Assembly: GCA_043228905.1 (NCBI GenBank)
Contig: JBHGNT010000023.1
Span: 1-64,000, forward strand
Reading direction: 5' to 3'
DNA from: Azolla caroliniana
Lineage: Eukaryota > Plantae > Polypodiophyta
Length of the DNA stretch: 64,000 nt
Shown here in pieces: positions 1 through 11,194 of the stretch. Both the position numbers and the translations under genes were made by a program. Position 1 is the stretch's first letter. Each line of letters starts with the position of its first letter. The notes beneath the pieces are model-generated. The model saw nothing but the letters and a program-made list of their open reading frames with translations, was not told the origin of the DNA and did not search any database.

Positions 1-2
1 AA

Positions 3-1081
3 GGACCAGCGACACGATGGCGGCGGACGCAGGACCCGGCGACCATCACAACCTTTGCAGAATTAAAAGCAAAATTCTTGCATTTTTTCCACAAGGAGGT
101 CGACCAGACGACAATGGTGGGCCTGTTTTATACGATCCGACAGGAGGCAGGGGAAAGCATTCCCCAATTCGTCATCCATTTCCAACGAATGCATAGCCAG
201 CTTGCCCGTGCACCCCCGGAGGAGGAATTACGGACGATATTTTTAAACGCACTCCGGGAACCGTTACGCATGGTGTGTACGGTAATCGACTTTCGAGGAA
301 GCACCATTGACCAGGTCATTGACCGGGTCAGAGAAATGGAAAAGTCAAGCTCATGGCTTACACTGGGAACACTTCAACGGGCGTTACCCACCGATGAAGA
401 TCTCCGGTTCCGGCAGGCAATTCAATGCACAATCTGCTTGAATGCCGGACACTCGGCAGTGGAGTGCACCATGCGAACTCAGTGTGTGATTTGTCAATCC
501 AAGAGTCATACAACGGACCGGTGCGAGTATAACCTGTTAAACCGACAAGCACCACCCGTCCGACGGATCGAGCCAAGAAGCAGCCGAGACGAAGATGACG
601 ATCGTTGGCAAAGAATGAATCGGTACCGATCGGTATAGGATGTCCGGTATGGAGACAGACAAGAGAATGATGGCCGGTACGGGAATCGGCATGATAACTA
701 TGACCGGTATGAGCGATCAGACCGTTATCGGGAGTCCAACAGACGACACGAGCAATACGACAGAGACCATTCCCCTGGTTACCGAAGGCACCAGGAGGAC
801 TACGGCCGATTTTACGATCCACCACGACCGGACTACCGAAATAAAAATAAGAATAATAAGAAACGTAATTTCAAGAAAGGTGGTCACACTAGGGACCCGG
901 AACATGGAACCCCAAGGAGCCAACCGGCACAGAACGCACCACTCACTACGGGACCGACTCCGGATACCAGCAATGCTGAATCCAGCAATACCCGTAAAGA
1001 TACTGCTATTACTGCAGGCAGGAAGGCCACTACAGTAACCAGTGCCCGGCAAAGAGCTACGATAAACGACCAACAGTTAAT
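3..1081 (+). pseudogene. gag: gag of gypsy A (5'-partial; in-frame TAG at 636-638; frame change near 996)
   Basis: Retrotransposon-gag-like GPATRW...TFAELKAKFL; CCHC knuckles CTICLNAGHSAVEC and CVICQSKSHTTDRC; R/D/Y-rich frame continues past the TAG; a third knuckle CYYCRQEGHYSNQC (from 1004) lies in the pol frame. Confidence 0.85.
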
Positions 1082-4000
1082 ATGGTGGTTCCGGAAGTGG
1101 CGGATGTACAACAAGTAACCACACGGTCGAAAGGCATGGCCAAAGAGTGGGAAACACAAGAGGCCATACGAAAACAGGCGACGGAATGGGTGAAGGAAGC
1201 CAATGAAAGGAACGTCGCGGACGCGGAACGGCAAAAGGCGAATACCATAGGGAGTGCCGGCGGTAGCCACCCAGAAAACGAGACATGGCAAGCACTGCAA
1301 GAATGTCAGATCACGTTGCCATTAGGAAGACTCTTGCAGCTCGTGCCGCGATTTACGGAAGGACTAAAAACGGTCATGACAGACGGTATAGCCCCACCGG
1401 CACCAGTCCTCTTCTCGAATCCGGAGGAGGGACCGACGGTGGTGGACACTAGTAGTCCGGTGATTACAGCTATTGTCAAAAGGCACGAACTTCCCGGCAC
1501 AGTAATCGATGGAGGTTCCGGGGTGAACGTAATAAGCCTCCACACGTGTGATGCCTTGGGTATACATGAATGGGAGCCATGTCCGTTCTGGCTACGGATG
1601 GCGGATACGAGCTCTGTACGGCCGACGGGCTTAATACGGAAATTGGATGTCACCATAGGAGGTCACACATTTCACATCTCGGCTGTAGTGCTGCAGCTAC
1701 AGGCGCAAGGCGCATACCCACTGTTGCTAGGCAGACCATGGTTGAAAACAGCACACATCAAGCAAAATTGGCGGAAAAATATGATTACCTTCCGGCGCGG
1801 AAAAGCCAAGGTCCGGGTACCGACACAACCACGGACGAGCAACGGTAAGGAATGCACACCGCTATATGTGGAATGCGTGAACATGCTTGAAGGGTTGGCA
1901 GACGACGAAGAAGCCCAGTACTTGGAGGAACACCCGAAGATCGTACCACTCTTCGAGATTGACGTAGCTGAAGCCGTAGCGCCATACTTGCCGCAGCGGG
2001 ACGAAACCGAAGCCGAACCAGACAAAGATTCGATTCGGGAATTACGGCAAGCACAGGAAGCGTTGGAACGGGAAATGGCCGTTTCCCAACGGGTAAAAAC
2101 ATCCCAGCTCGACGAAGTGAACCTAGGAAGCAAGGACGAATCAAAGCCGGTACACATCGCCAAAGAAATGAAGCCGGAAGATAAAGCGGCGATGATCAAA
2201 CTTCTCACGGAGTTTCGCGACGTATTCGCTTGGTCATACGAAGACATGCGAGGGCTGGACCCTCAATTATATCAGCATCAGATCCACTTAGGCAAGGACG
2301 CGAAACCAGTGGCGCAAAGACGTTACCGAATGAACCCCAACTACGCCGCCAAAGTGAAGGAGGAAATCGACAAACTCCTAAGAGTGGGCTTCATCCAGCC
2401 GGTAAAGAAAGCGACGTGGCTGAGCCCCATCGTCGTCGTCCCAAAGAAGAACGGTAAAATCCGCGTGTGTGTAGATTACAGGAAACTAAATGCAGCCACA
2501 ATTACGGATGCATTCCCTCTTCCGTTCACGGATGGAGTATTGGATGCCGTCGCCGGCCATGAAGTTTATAGTTTTTTAGACGGGTTCAGCGGATACAATC
2601 AAATCCGGATGCACCCTGACGACCAGGAGAAGACAGTGTTCGTCACCGAATGGGGGGTGTTTGTGGCCGAAGTAATGATGTTCGGCCTAAAAACGGCACC
2701 AGCAACTTTCCAGCGAATCATCATGGAGATCTTCGGCGAATACATTCCTGCCTTCATGCAGGTTTTCCTGGATAATTTTGCAGTCTATAGCCGGGGAAAA
2801 GACCATTTGCAGCACCTACGGTTATGCCTTGAAAAGTGTAGGTTATACCGGCTAAGCTTAAACCCAGCAAAATGCATCTTTGGGGTTTCAAGTGGAATCT
2901 TACTGGGACACATTGTAAGTAAGGAGGGCATTGCGGTCGACCCGGACAAAGTAAACGCGATACTAGGGGCACCGGCGCCGAAAACGGCCAAAGCACTAAG
3001 CTGATTCTTAGGACAGATCCGGTGGCACAGCCGGATGCTCCGTCACTTGGCTGACTTGGCTACACCATTACACACCGCGGTACATCGGACACCGTTCCAA
3101 TGGACGGATACGGAGGATAAGGCATACAATGCCCTGAAGGTACTTTTGTTGCAAGCACCCGTCGTGCAGCCTCCGGATTGGAGCAAGGAATTTCATGTGT
3201 TCGTTGACGCTTCCGACATCGCTATCGGTAGCGCCTTAATGCAACTTACGGAGCCTAAATGGTACCGGCCGGTATATTACGCCAGCCGGAAGCTGTCCCA
3301 AGCGGAGAAGAACTATTCGACGACGGAACGGGAGGCCCTGGGCATGATCTACAATGTCACAAAGTTTCGTCATTACCTATTGGGAAGGAAGTTCTCCTTT
3401 CATGTGGATCACTCGGCGCTCCTGTACTTAGTGTCCAAGGCGTCCCTGACCGGTAAGTTGGCCCGTTGGACCTTGCTGTTGCAGGAGTTCGAATTCGAGA
3501 TGTTCCACCGGCCCGGTATCCAGCATGCCGTAGCAGACTACCTGAGCCGGTTAGAGTCCGGAGAATCAGGCGACGGAGTATCGGATGAATTCCCGGACGC
3601 AGAGTTATTCCGTATCACCCCGGAAACGGCAGCGGACGGCACGGTGGCATCAGAAGATAGGTGGCTGACAAACATGCACCAGTTCCTAAGCACGGGCCTG
3701 CCACCAGAGGAAATGAACCGGAACCAGAGGAAACGACTGGCGGTGCAGAGCCGCAATTTCTGTCTGTTGCGGGACACTCTCTACCACAAAGGAGCAGATG
3801 GAATATGGAGACGGGCAGTCCGTAGTGACGAGAAACAAGTAATCTTACGGGAAGCACACTGTGGGGTTGCCGGAGGACACTATGCCGGGGAAACGACGGC
3901 AAGGAAAGTATGGCAGAGCGGCTTATGGTGGCCCACGACGTTAAAAGACGCCGTCAAGTATGCTAAGGAATGTGACCTATGCCAACGAATGGGCCAGCCT

Positions 4001-5083
4001 ACGGAGCAAGCACGGATGCCACACCAACCGGTACTTCCACTAGAGCCATTCCAGAAGTGGGGGTTGGATTTTGTCGGACCGTTCAAGCCACCGGCAATGA
4101 GAACGGGTAATCGTTATGTCATCGTGGCAACGGATTATTGCACTAAATGGGTGGAGGCTAAGGCCTTGAGAGACAATACCGCGTCATCCACAGCAAAATT
4201 CCTGTACGAGAACATTTGGTGCCGATATGGATGTCCGATTGAATTAATCAGCGACCAAGGAGGGCACTTTCTCGGCCAGGTAGTTGAAAGCTTAACAACG
4301 TTCTATGCCGTGGTCCATAAACGGAGCACACCGTACTACCCACAAGCGAACGGGTTAGCAGAGTCAACCAACAAAACGCTCCAGAACATTCTCCGCAAAA
4401 TCGTCAATGAAAACCGGACGGACTGGGATACAAAGCTCCATAGCGCGCTATGGGCGTACCGAACGGCATACAAAACAAGTATCCGGACAACGCCGTTCCG
4501 GTTAGCGTTCGGCTTAGAGGCGGTCATGCCGGTGGAATTTCAGGTACCAAGCTTACGGATCCAACTACGGGAACGGCTGAATGAAAAGGAGTCGGAGGAA
4601 ATGCGGCTAGCAGCACTATGCGAACTGGAGGAGCAACGGCTGGCCAGCATCCTACACATGGAACTGGAGCAACGACGACGGAAAGCGTTCGTTGACCGTC
4701 ACCGGAAAGGTAATGAAAAGATGTTCGAAATCGGAAAGCCGGTGCTAGTATTCCAAACAAGGATGGGCAAGATGCCGGGTAAACTTCGGTTTAGATGGAC
4801 AGGCCCGTATTGGCTGACACGGGAATACAACGGGTTCTATCAGTTAGGGACACTTGCCGGTGAAGTGCTAGGCAAGTGGGTCAACGGATTTAGACTAAAG
4901 CCCTATAAAGGACCGATGCCAAGTAACCCGTTTATGCAGCCCACCGGCACTATACCGGGAACCTGTCCGGGAACGGTACGGATGGAAGAAAAAGACGACG
5001 GGGAACCCGTAGCAGAGGCGAAGGAAGACACGGCAACCCGTAAGGAAAACGGTAAGGGTCCGAAGGGACCTACGGATGTGTAA
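1082..5083 (+). pseudogene. pol: pol of gypsy A (protease, RT, RNase H, integrase), split by TGA at 3002-3004
   Basis: Protease VIDGGSGVN; RT RVCVDYRKLN, FLDGFSGYNQI, FLDNF (catalytic DD changed to DN); RNase H VDASD, NYSTTERE; integrase HHCC, GLDFVGP, SDQG, GLAES, GPY. ORFs 1082-3004 and 3035-5083 share one frame. Confidence 0.95.
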
Positions 5084-5464
5084 GATCACATACCCTCATT
5101 TATAAAAAAAAAAAAGAAAAAAAAAGAAAAAGAGAAATCATTAAAAATCGAGGTATGAACGGACGTGAAAGCAAGGAGCGAAAAGGTACGTAGTGGGCAT
5201 TTAAGAGCCGCCACATTACTTAATACTAAATTGGTACACGACGTGTGCATGCTCAAAAAAGGCGCCAAGACGCACAGAGAAGAAGCAGAACGCATGGAGA
5301 CCTTTTCATTTCGCGAGCCAAGAAGCACAGAAGCACCAAGGCGGTGGAAGCTTACCAAACGCGAACTTGCACTCAGAGAACCCCCACGTTCGGAACTCTC
5401 TATCTCTCGCTCTCACTCTCATCACCACTCTACCTCGCCATCTTTCCTCGACCTCGAAGCAGAC

Positions 5465-8134
5465 ATGGAACCACAAACGCTGTCGGAAGCGGCCAGGAAA
5501 TGGCTCAGGCAACACGGACTGGATGGGTTCTTGACCATCATGGAGGCACCACCGCACAAAGAAGCCGACCAGGTCATCAAGGAGCTCGACAAAGAAGTCA
5601 TTACCGAGGAAGCGATCCGTGCGCTAACAGGCCTTCCGGAGGGAGGTATTTTTCAGATCGATAACCCAACCTCGGAGCAACTCATCCGATATTTCGGTGA
5701 GTACTCTGTAGCCGGCAAAGGCTATCGAACGCAGGGCGGCGAAGATCCGCTATTCAGGGAGATAGCTCGAGTGCTCCATGAGTATGGCCACGTGTACCCC
5801 CGACCCCCTGTCATGCCAAAAAATCGGGCAGGGATGATCATAGCCACCTATGAAGGGATCAAGGTGGATTGGCCGGTGTTGATTGCAGACGGTTTGTGCG
5901 CGGCAATCGACACGGTACGAGGAAAGGATGGCAAGGAGGGCCGGAAGCTGTGGCATGCCGTAGCTCAGTGGATAACATTGCTCGCGCCGCCGGTCGAGAC
6001 CGTCCAGCCAAAGAAGCGGCCAAGATTATCGGAAGGAAGCACCTCGAAGCCCGCGTCCAAACGACAACAGCTGCTGGCGTCGAAGGCGACGAAAGGGAAG
6101 AAACGGCTCCCAGAACCGGAGGAGGTGTCACCGGTCCGACCCGTTAAGATAACCATACGGCGACCGGGACAGAAGGAACCGGAACCCTTGACGGCACAGA
6201 TACATGCCGTTACCCAGGAAGAGGAAACGGAGGAGCCAGTAGAGCACCTCCAACGACGGTCAAGAAGTAGGACCGCCGGGACAGCGGGGGAGCGTTCGTA
6301 CCCGCAAGAGGAAGAAACGCCCCCAACTCAACCTGAGCAAACCACAAGGGAGGAACCGGAACCGGTGCGTATAGAACCGGCCTTGTCGACTTCTATACAA
6401 GAAGTCATTCCAACGGCTCCGGAGACGGCGAGAACCGGAACTCAACAGCCGGCGAGCCCAGCCAGCACACACAGCGGCCAAGGAGTAGAACCAGAATGGC
6501 AGATACAGGCACTCAGGCCAGACAATTCCACAGTGAACGAGCCGACCCGACCAGTACAGCAGCAAGGCACCAGTAGCATGTGGCTACGGTGGGTAGGCGA
6601 GCAGATCGCCGGAGCGGTCGAGTACATAGAGGCGGAGGAGAGAGCGCACCACGAACGGTTGCTCGTCACAACCGTAGATCTAGAGACGGCCCGGTCCAGA
6701 ATCCGGAACCTTGAACAAGACTTGGACAGGGTCACAAGGGAAATGGCTCAATTGGCTTTGACAACACAAGTCCAAGCACCGGTGACTCCGGGCAATGTAC
6801 ATAATAAAGCGTCAGATCAACCTGTACATAGCAATCAGACCCCGGCAACGGAAACCGTTCCGGAGAGAAACGCGGCACAAGCCCAAGAGCTTGCGGACTT
6901 AAAGGATGAGCTAGCGGCCCAAGAAGCGTTGAGGAGCCGCGAAAGAGAGTTGAAGACGGCAGCGGAGGCAGAACTCAAAAAGACTGCTGAGAACCTACGC
7001 CGGGCCGAGGAGAGCTTACGGAAAGGCCACCAAGCGTACGACCGGCTCAAGGAGGAAAAGGAGAAAATGCTGCAAGAGAAGGACAGGCTCCGGAGAAACG
7101 CCGAAACAGAAGTAGAGCGCCTGAAAGAGGAACTCCGGCAGCTAAAGGACCGGGAGGACCGGAACCATCGCCAGATCAACGGCAAGCTCAAACAAAAAAC
7201 GGAGGAATTTGAGCACTTGCACCGGGAGTATAAACGGTTGCAAACGGAGCACAAGGAACGGACGGATGAGCTCCGGCAAGCAGTTGATCGGACCGCAACG
7301 GCATACGCTAATGAACAAGCGGAAACCAGAAGACGGTTGGAAGAGGCGGAGAAGGTTCGGACAGAGCTCCTCAGGCAACAGCAGGCGGAAAAAGAAAGAG
7401 CGGCGGAGGTACTGCAGAGGCTGCAAACAACATATCAAGGGCAGCTGACGCGCTACAGAGAGCAGGCGGAGGATACGGCTAATCTCATCAAGCAGTTGAA
7501 GGAGGAACGACAAGTTGTGGAAAGTAGAGCGCAAATGGGAGCAAGTCGCATCCAGGATATCATGCGGGCCTGGTTGAACCAGACCAAGAGCTTGATTGAC
7601 AACGGTTCCGTCAAATGGTGGACCAAGTGGGCCATGAATGCGGCGGAACTCCAATTGCTCCGGGCCGACGTAGAGAACCGGCGGAAGGAGGGAGATGATT
7701 GCTATATGCTGACTTCCGAAGACTTCACCGGCATAAGAGATGAGCTGGCCGAAGACTTTCAAGCCTTGGCAGAGGACCAACTAGGGCAAGTCCGGCAACT
7801 TGTAGCTCAGCTGGACGACGACAGGCTAGAGGCGCAGATCCAGTTTGAAAGCTACGAGAGGTCCCGGATCCGGGAAGAGAAAGCACGAGAACCAGTAATG
7901 GTCAACCTCAGTGATGAGGAACCGTTACTGGAAGGAGACCGGACCGGAAGCAGTCAAACGGGGATGCCGGAGTCAGAGAAACAAACGGAGCAGCCGCCTA
8001 TAGAGCAGCCGGAGCAGCCTCAGTCCCAACCGCAACCACAGCAGCAGCAGCAAGCACAGCCGCAACAACCACAACCGGAAGAACAAGTGGAAACTCTGGA
8101 ACAAAGTATTTTGGACAATTTGGGTGAACAATGA
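5465..8134 (+). CDS. Extra 3' ORF of gypsy A, ~889-aa coiled-coil protein of unknown function (frame open from 5165)
   Basis: Uninterrupted ORF between pol and the 3' LTR; basic NLS-like patches, long E/K/R/Q/L helical region, Q-rich tail. The start at ATG 5465 is inferred. Confidence 0.75.
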   Translation: MEPQTLSEAARKWLRQHGLDGFLTIMEAPPHKEADQVIKELDKEVITEEAIRALTGLPEGGIFQIDNPTSEQLIRYFGEYSVAGKGYRTQGGEDPLFREIARVLHEYGHVYPRPPVMPKNRAGMIIATYEGIKVDWPVLIADGLCAAIDTVRGKDGKEGRKLWHAVAQWITLLAPPVETVQPKKRPRLSEGSTSKPASKRQQLLASKATKGKKRLPEPEEVSPVRPVKITIRRPGQKEPEPLTAQIHAVTQEEETEEPVEHLQRRSRSRTAGTAGERSYPQEEETPPTQPEQTTREEPEPVRIEPALSTSIQEVIPTAPETARTGTQQPASPASTHSGQGVEPEWQIQALRPDNSTVNEPTRPVQQQGTSSMWLRWVGEQIAGAVEYIEAEERAHHERLLVTTVDLETARSRIRNLEQDLDRVTREMAQLALTTQVQAPVTPGNVHNKASDQPVHSNQTPATETVPERNAAQAQELADLKDELAAQEALRSRERELKTAAEAELKKTAENLRRAEESLRKGHQAYDRLKEEKEKMLQEKDRLRRNAETEVERLKEELRQLKDREDRNHRQINGKLKQKTEEFEHLHREYKRLQTEHKERTDELRQAVDRTATAYANEQAETRRRLEEAEKVRTELLRQQQAEKERAAEVLQRLQTTYQGQLTRYREQAEDTANLIKQLKEERQVVESRAQMGASRIQDIMRAWLNQTKSLIDNGSVKWWTKWAMNAAELQLLRADVENRRKEGDDCYMLTSEDFTGIRDELAEDFQALAEDQLGQVRQLVAQLDDDRLEAQIQFESYERSRIREEKAREPVMVNLSDEEPLLEGDRTGSSQTGMPESEKQTEQPPIEQPEQPQSQPQPQQQQQAQPQQPQPEEQVETLEQSILDNLGEQ

Positions 8135-8186
8135 AGGTGCCGAGAAGGGTTCGACGTACAAGGTACTGTCCCACGGGCGTGCCATG

Positions 8187-8605
8187 TGTTACCGGCCGGC
8201 AAGGAGTCCAAAATACGGAGTGAAGGAATTAATTAAGTATGGTTGTAAATAAGCATAGTATGGACGGACGGACTGGAAACGGTATGCCGTTCCAGATCCG
8301 GACGGATCCCGAATAGGTGCGATAGGCACCGTTTTGTACTACGGGCCGGAAACCTATTTAAAGGCCCGGACCCTATTGTAATCGTAGCGGATAATTAATA
8401 GAGCGTATGGTGTTTATACTTCTGTGTTGATTTCCGTTCTGTACTTACTGTTATATCTTACGCGTGTAATTAACAAAAGCGCTCTAATCGTGTAACCTAC
8501 GTAAGTCGGTGTAATCGTTGAGTCATAATCCTATGCCGTAATCACCCTTTGGTGAAGTGTCTCCGTGACACCTTGTGTTAGGCCTTGTCCGGTCAGAGAA
8601 TAACA
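8187..8605 (+). repeat. 3' LTR of gypsy A (~419 bp)
   Basis: TGTTA...TAACA inverted termini; TATTTAAA at 8355-8362; right end coincides with the break in copia gag; left end less certain because the PPT is weak. Confidence 0.75.
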
Positions 8606-9324
8606 GGAGGGTCCGGAGTTGCTGTCGGCATCACTTCGGTGCCTTCTTCCTTGATCTCGTCGGCCGCCTCCATTGCGCGCCGATTCGCCTCGTCCTCCAC
8701 GTCCACGGGGCCTACCTCCCTCTGTGTACAACATTCTGCTGTCGGTGTGCGTGCTGTAGACGCACCCGCGTGGTTCTCCTCTACTAGGAGCATTGACTGT
8801 AAGTCGAAAAAGGATGGCGTATTCTCCCGGGTACACACAACCGTTTGGAACGCTCCGAACTTCGACGCCAAACCTCCGAGACAAATCTGGACCATCTCGC
8901 TCTCCTCAATATTCACCTCTATGGAGGCGAGGGAGTCGCAGATATCCTTGATCTTCGAGGTATAGTACGCCACCGACAAGTCGCGTTGTCGTAGGTTGCT
9001 CAACTCCTGTCGGAGCTGAAGCTTCCTAGCTGTGGTGCTCGTGGCGAAAATCTTCATTAGATTTTCCCACGCACCCTTCGGCGTATTTGCATCCCGAACA
9101 TAGCTCAATAGCTGTTCGCCCACACACGACGCGAAGCAGTATAATACCCTGCTCGCCGATTGCTCCCACGACGGGAAGTCTTTGTGTGTCGATTCGGGTA
9201 CCGCGTCATTAGCTCCTTCGACATAACTCTAGTAGCCGTGCCCGAGCAGGTACTGGTGCATCTTGTAGGACCAAGACGCGTAGTTGGTTCTGTCGAGCTT
9301 CTCTGTTGGAAGCGAGCTCGCCAT
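8606..9324 (-). pseudogene. gag: gag of copia B (stop at 9229-9231, frameshift near 8770, interrupted by gypsy A)
   Basis: MASSLPTEKLDRTNYASWSYKMHQYLLGHGY*SYVEG...AWENL...LRQELSNLRQ...ICLGGL...LLVEE, a typical copia gag. Confidence 0.88.
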
Positions 9325-9396
9325 GCCTCTATCCATCGTTCTTCTTGTTCTTCTTCGTCAAGCTGTGTCGGCTGCAGAGAGGTTCTCAACCCTCGC

Positions 9397-9408
9397 GCTC
9401 TGATACCA
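9397..9408 (-). promoter_or_regulatory. Primer-binding site, tRNA-iMet
   Basis: TGGTATCAGAGC directly after the LTR end. Confidence 0.92.
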
Positions 9409-9867
9409 TGTAGAAAGTAACGTGCGGAAGCAAGTATGAAGACCGAACAGAAGGAAGAAAACTTAGGTTTAATGGAGAGCTTGAGCTTACGCAGTATACG
9501 CGGGAGAGTCAGAGAGAGTGAGAGAGGGAAACACAAGAGGTATATTCAAAAAAATACACAATCTCTATTCATGACACTCTATACATATGTGTGTTCAATG
9601 AACACTTTTATACAAGTCCTAGAAGGACTGACCGAAGTACTGGCAGTACTTCAATGCTCATTAAGAGCTCCTACACTAACTCCCAAATATATTCCTCACG
9701 GAATATCTTTCCTAACGGCCTCCCGGTTTACGCACCGATCCGGCCCTACCTACGCACCGGTCTGTCTGCGTACCAGTTTACGCATTCGGCCTAACCGATC
9801 GGTCCCAACCGATCCGGTCCTCGGCTTCTTCAACCGATCCGGCCGATGTTGAGCTTGTCTCTCAACA
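9409..9867 (-). repeat. 5' LTR of copia B (459 bp)
   Basis: TG...CA termini adjacent to the PBS; CCGG/ACCGAT-rich repeats at 9720-9845. Confidence 0.88.
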
Positions 9868-9930
9868 TAATCCATCTTATAGTGCAATATAGATTATACT
9901 TTCCATTCAATTCTCTCTCTCTCTCTCTCT

Positions 9931-10179
9931 CTGATACGTGTTTTAATCATTGAGGTGTCTAAGGCATTCCTCGAGATTCCAGTTATTGGAGAGAATGCAT
10001 GTTCCTAGGTTTTTATCAGCGGGCTTGATGACTATGTAGTGATTGTTTTTTAGTTTGTGTAGTGCGATTCTGAAGTTTTCGTGTGCGGTGGGTTGGGAGG
10101 GGAGAGAGGAGACAATATCTGAGAGGAGACAATATCTGTGATGGTTTGGTCTATGTTCGATGCGGCTGGGAGGTTCCAA
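9931..10179 (-). pseudogene. Penelope-like element RT fragment (second partial copy ~10641-10750)
   Basis: ALHKLKNNHYIVIKPADKNLGTCIL...ECLRHLND*NTYQ matches the PLE RT N-terminal I-x-I-K-P-A-D-K ... L-x-D-x-x-T-Y pattern as I recall it. Confidence 0.62.
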
Positions 10180-10287
10180 CTAGTGTTGGGAATTCTGAAT
10201 GGGTGTCGTGATGCCACTCACATAATGATGATGGTTTGTCATGATGACACTCACATGATGCTTCAAAAAGTTTTGAACCCACAACCT

Positions 10288-10645
10288 TGTTATATACGTG
10301 TCAAATCCTTAGCCATTGTAATGACATGTTCCTATGTATAGTATAAAGAATCTATAATCTAAATATATAGGATATCATAAAACATTCTAGAGTACTCTAT
10401 ATTCTAGGATGTTCTAGAATATTCTAGAGTGCTCTAGATTCTAGAATGTTCTAGATTATACTATATGAACCGAACAGTGGCGGATCCTCTAGGGACCTAT
10501 AAATAGACATCTCTTATTCATCTCAAAACTAAATTGGTTCAACACCATTCAAGAGCTCCTTGTTTTGCCTACTCTTTGTAATCCATTTTATAGTGCAATA
10601 TAGATTATACTTTCCATTCAATTCGCGCTCTCTCTCTCTCTCATA
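10288..10645 (+). repeat. Probable degenerate solo LTR
   Basis: Starts TGTTAT; (TTCTAGA)-type repeats at 10385-10455; CTATAAATAG near 10497; CT tract at the end; no clear terminal CA or TSD. Confidence 0.4.
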
Positions 10646-11194
10646 CGTGTTTTAATCATTGAGGTGTCTAAGGCATTCCTCGAGATTCCAGTTATTGGAG
10701 AGAATGCATGTTCCTAGGTTTTTATCGGCGGGCTTGATGAATATGTCGTTCTAATGATTGTGCTTCACGATGCTCCTATAGTAAGTTTGAACCTCAAACA
10801 TATTATTTGCAATATCTTGTGATCCATATTGTGCTTGTTCTAAGGCCAATCAATGTTTTCCATTTTAAGGTTATGAAGTGAGACAGGCTCATCAACTTGT
10901 AGACCATTTACCTGTTTCTCCCATCTAAATTATGCATCTTATGATGACAATGCCTTGTACACATAACTATGGTCTCTGGTTCAAAGCATGCGAGTGGAAA
11001 CAATTAGCTATGTCCTTGACATAGCTAATTAGCTATGCAAAAAGCTACCAATGATAAATAGTCATTTTTGCACCATGAATGAAAACATTAGAATGTTTTA
11101 ATTATATAAATGAACCATAAATGTGCAACATAAATGTGCACCGTAAATGGATATGTGCACCATAAATTATATACCGAATTCCTAGGTCCATTAT

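Larger units (their letters stand above)
1..8605 (+). mobile_element. Ty3/gypsy LTR retrotransposon A (non-chromovirus type, extra 3' ORF); 5' end outside window; inserted into copia B gag
   Basis: Domain order gag-PR-RT-RH-INT; 3' LTR TGTTA...TAACA; copia gag resumes right after 8605. Confidence 0.93.
8606..9867 (-). mobile_element. 5' part of Ty1/copia element B (5' LTR, PBS, gag)
   Basis: LTR TGTTGAG...TTCTACA followed by PBS TGGTATCAGAGC and a copia-type gag. Confidence 0.9.
9868..10745. repeat. Direct duplication of ~170 bp (9868-10035 and 10579-10745)
   Basis: Near-identical taatccat.ttatagtgcaatatagattatac...(CT)n...ggcttgatga in both places. Confidence 0.9.

Noticed and set aside
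2990-3040. Programmed readthrough at TGA within pol
   Set aside because: It falls in the conserved LSRFLG motif; CGA>TGA decay is simpler.
5165-8134. Retroviral envelope or host myosin/SMC gene
   Set aside because: No visible signal peptide, TM segment, motor or ATPase motif; intronless and inside the element.
128-8211. Many short antisense and alternate-frame ORFs over TE coding regions (likewise 40579-41291)
   Set aside because: Shadow or low-complexity ORFs without recognisable motifs.
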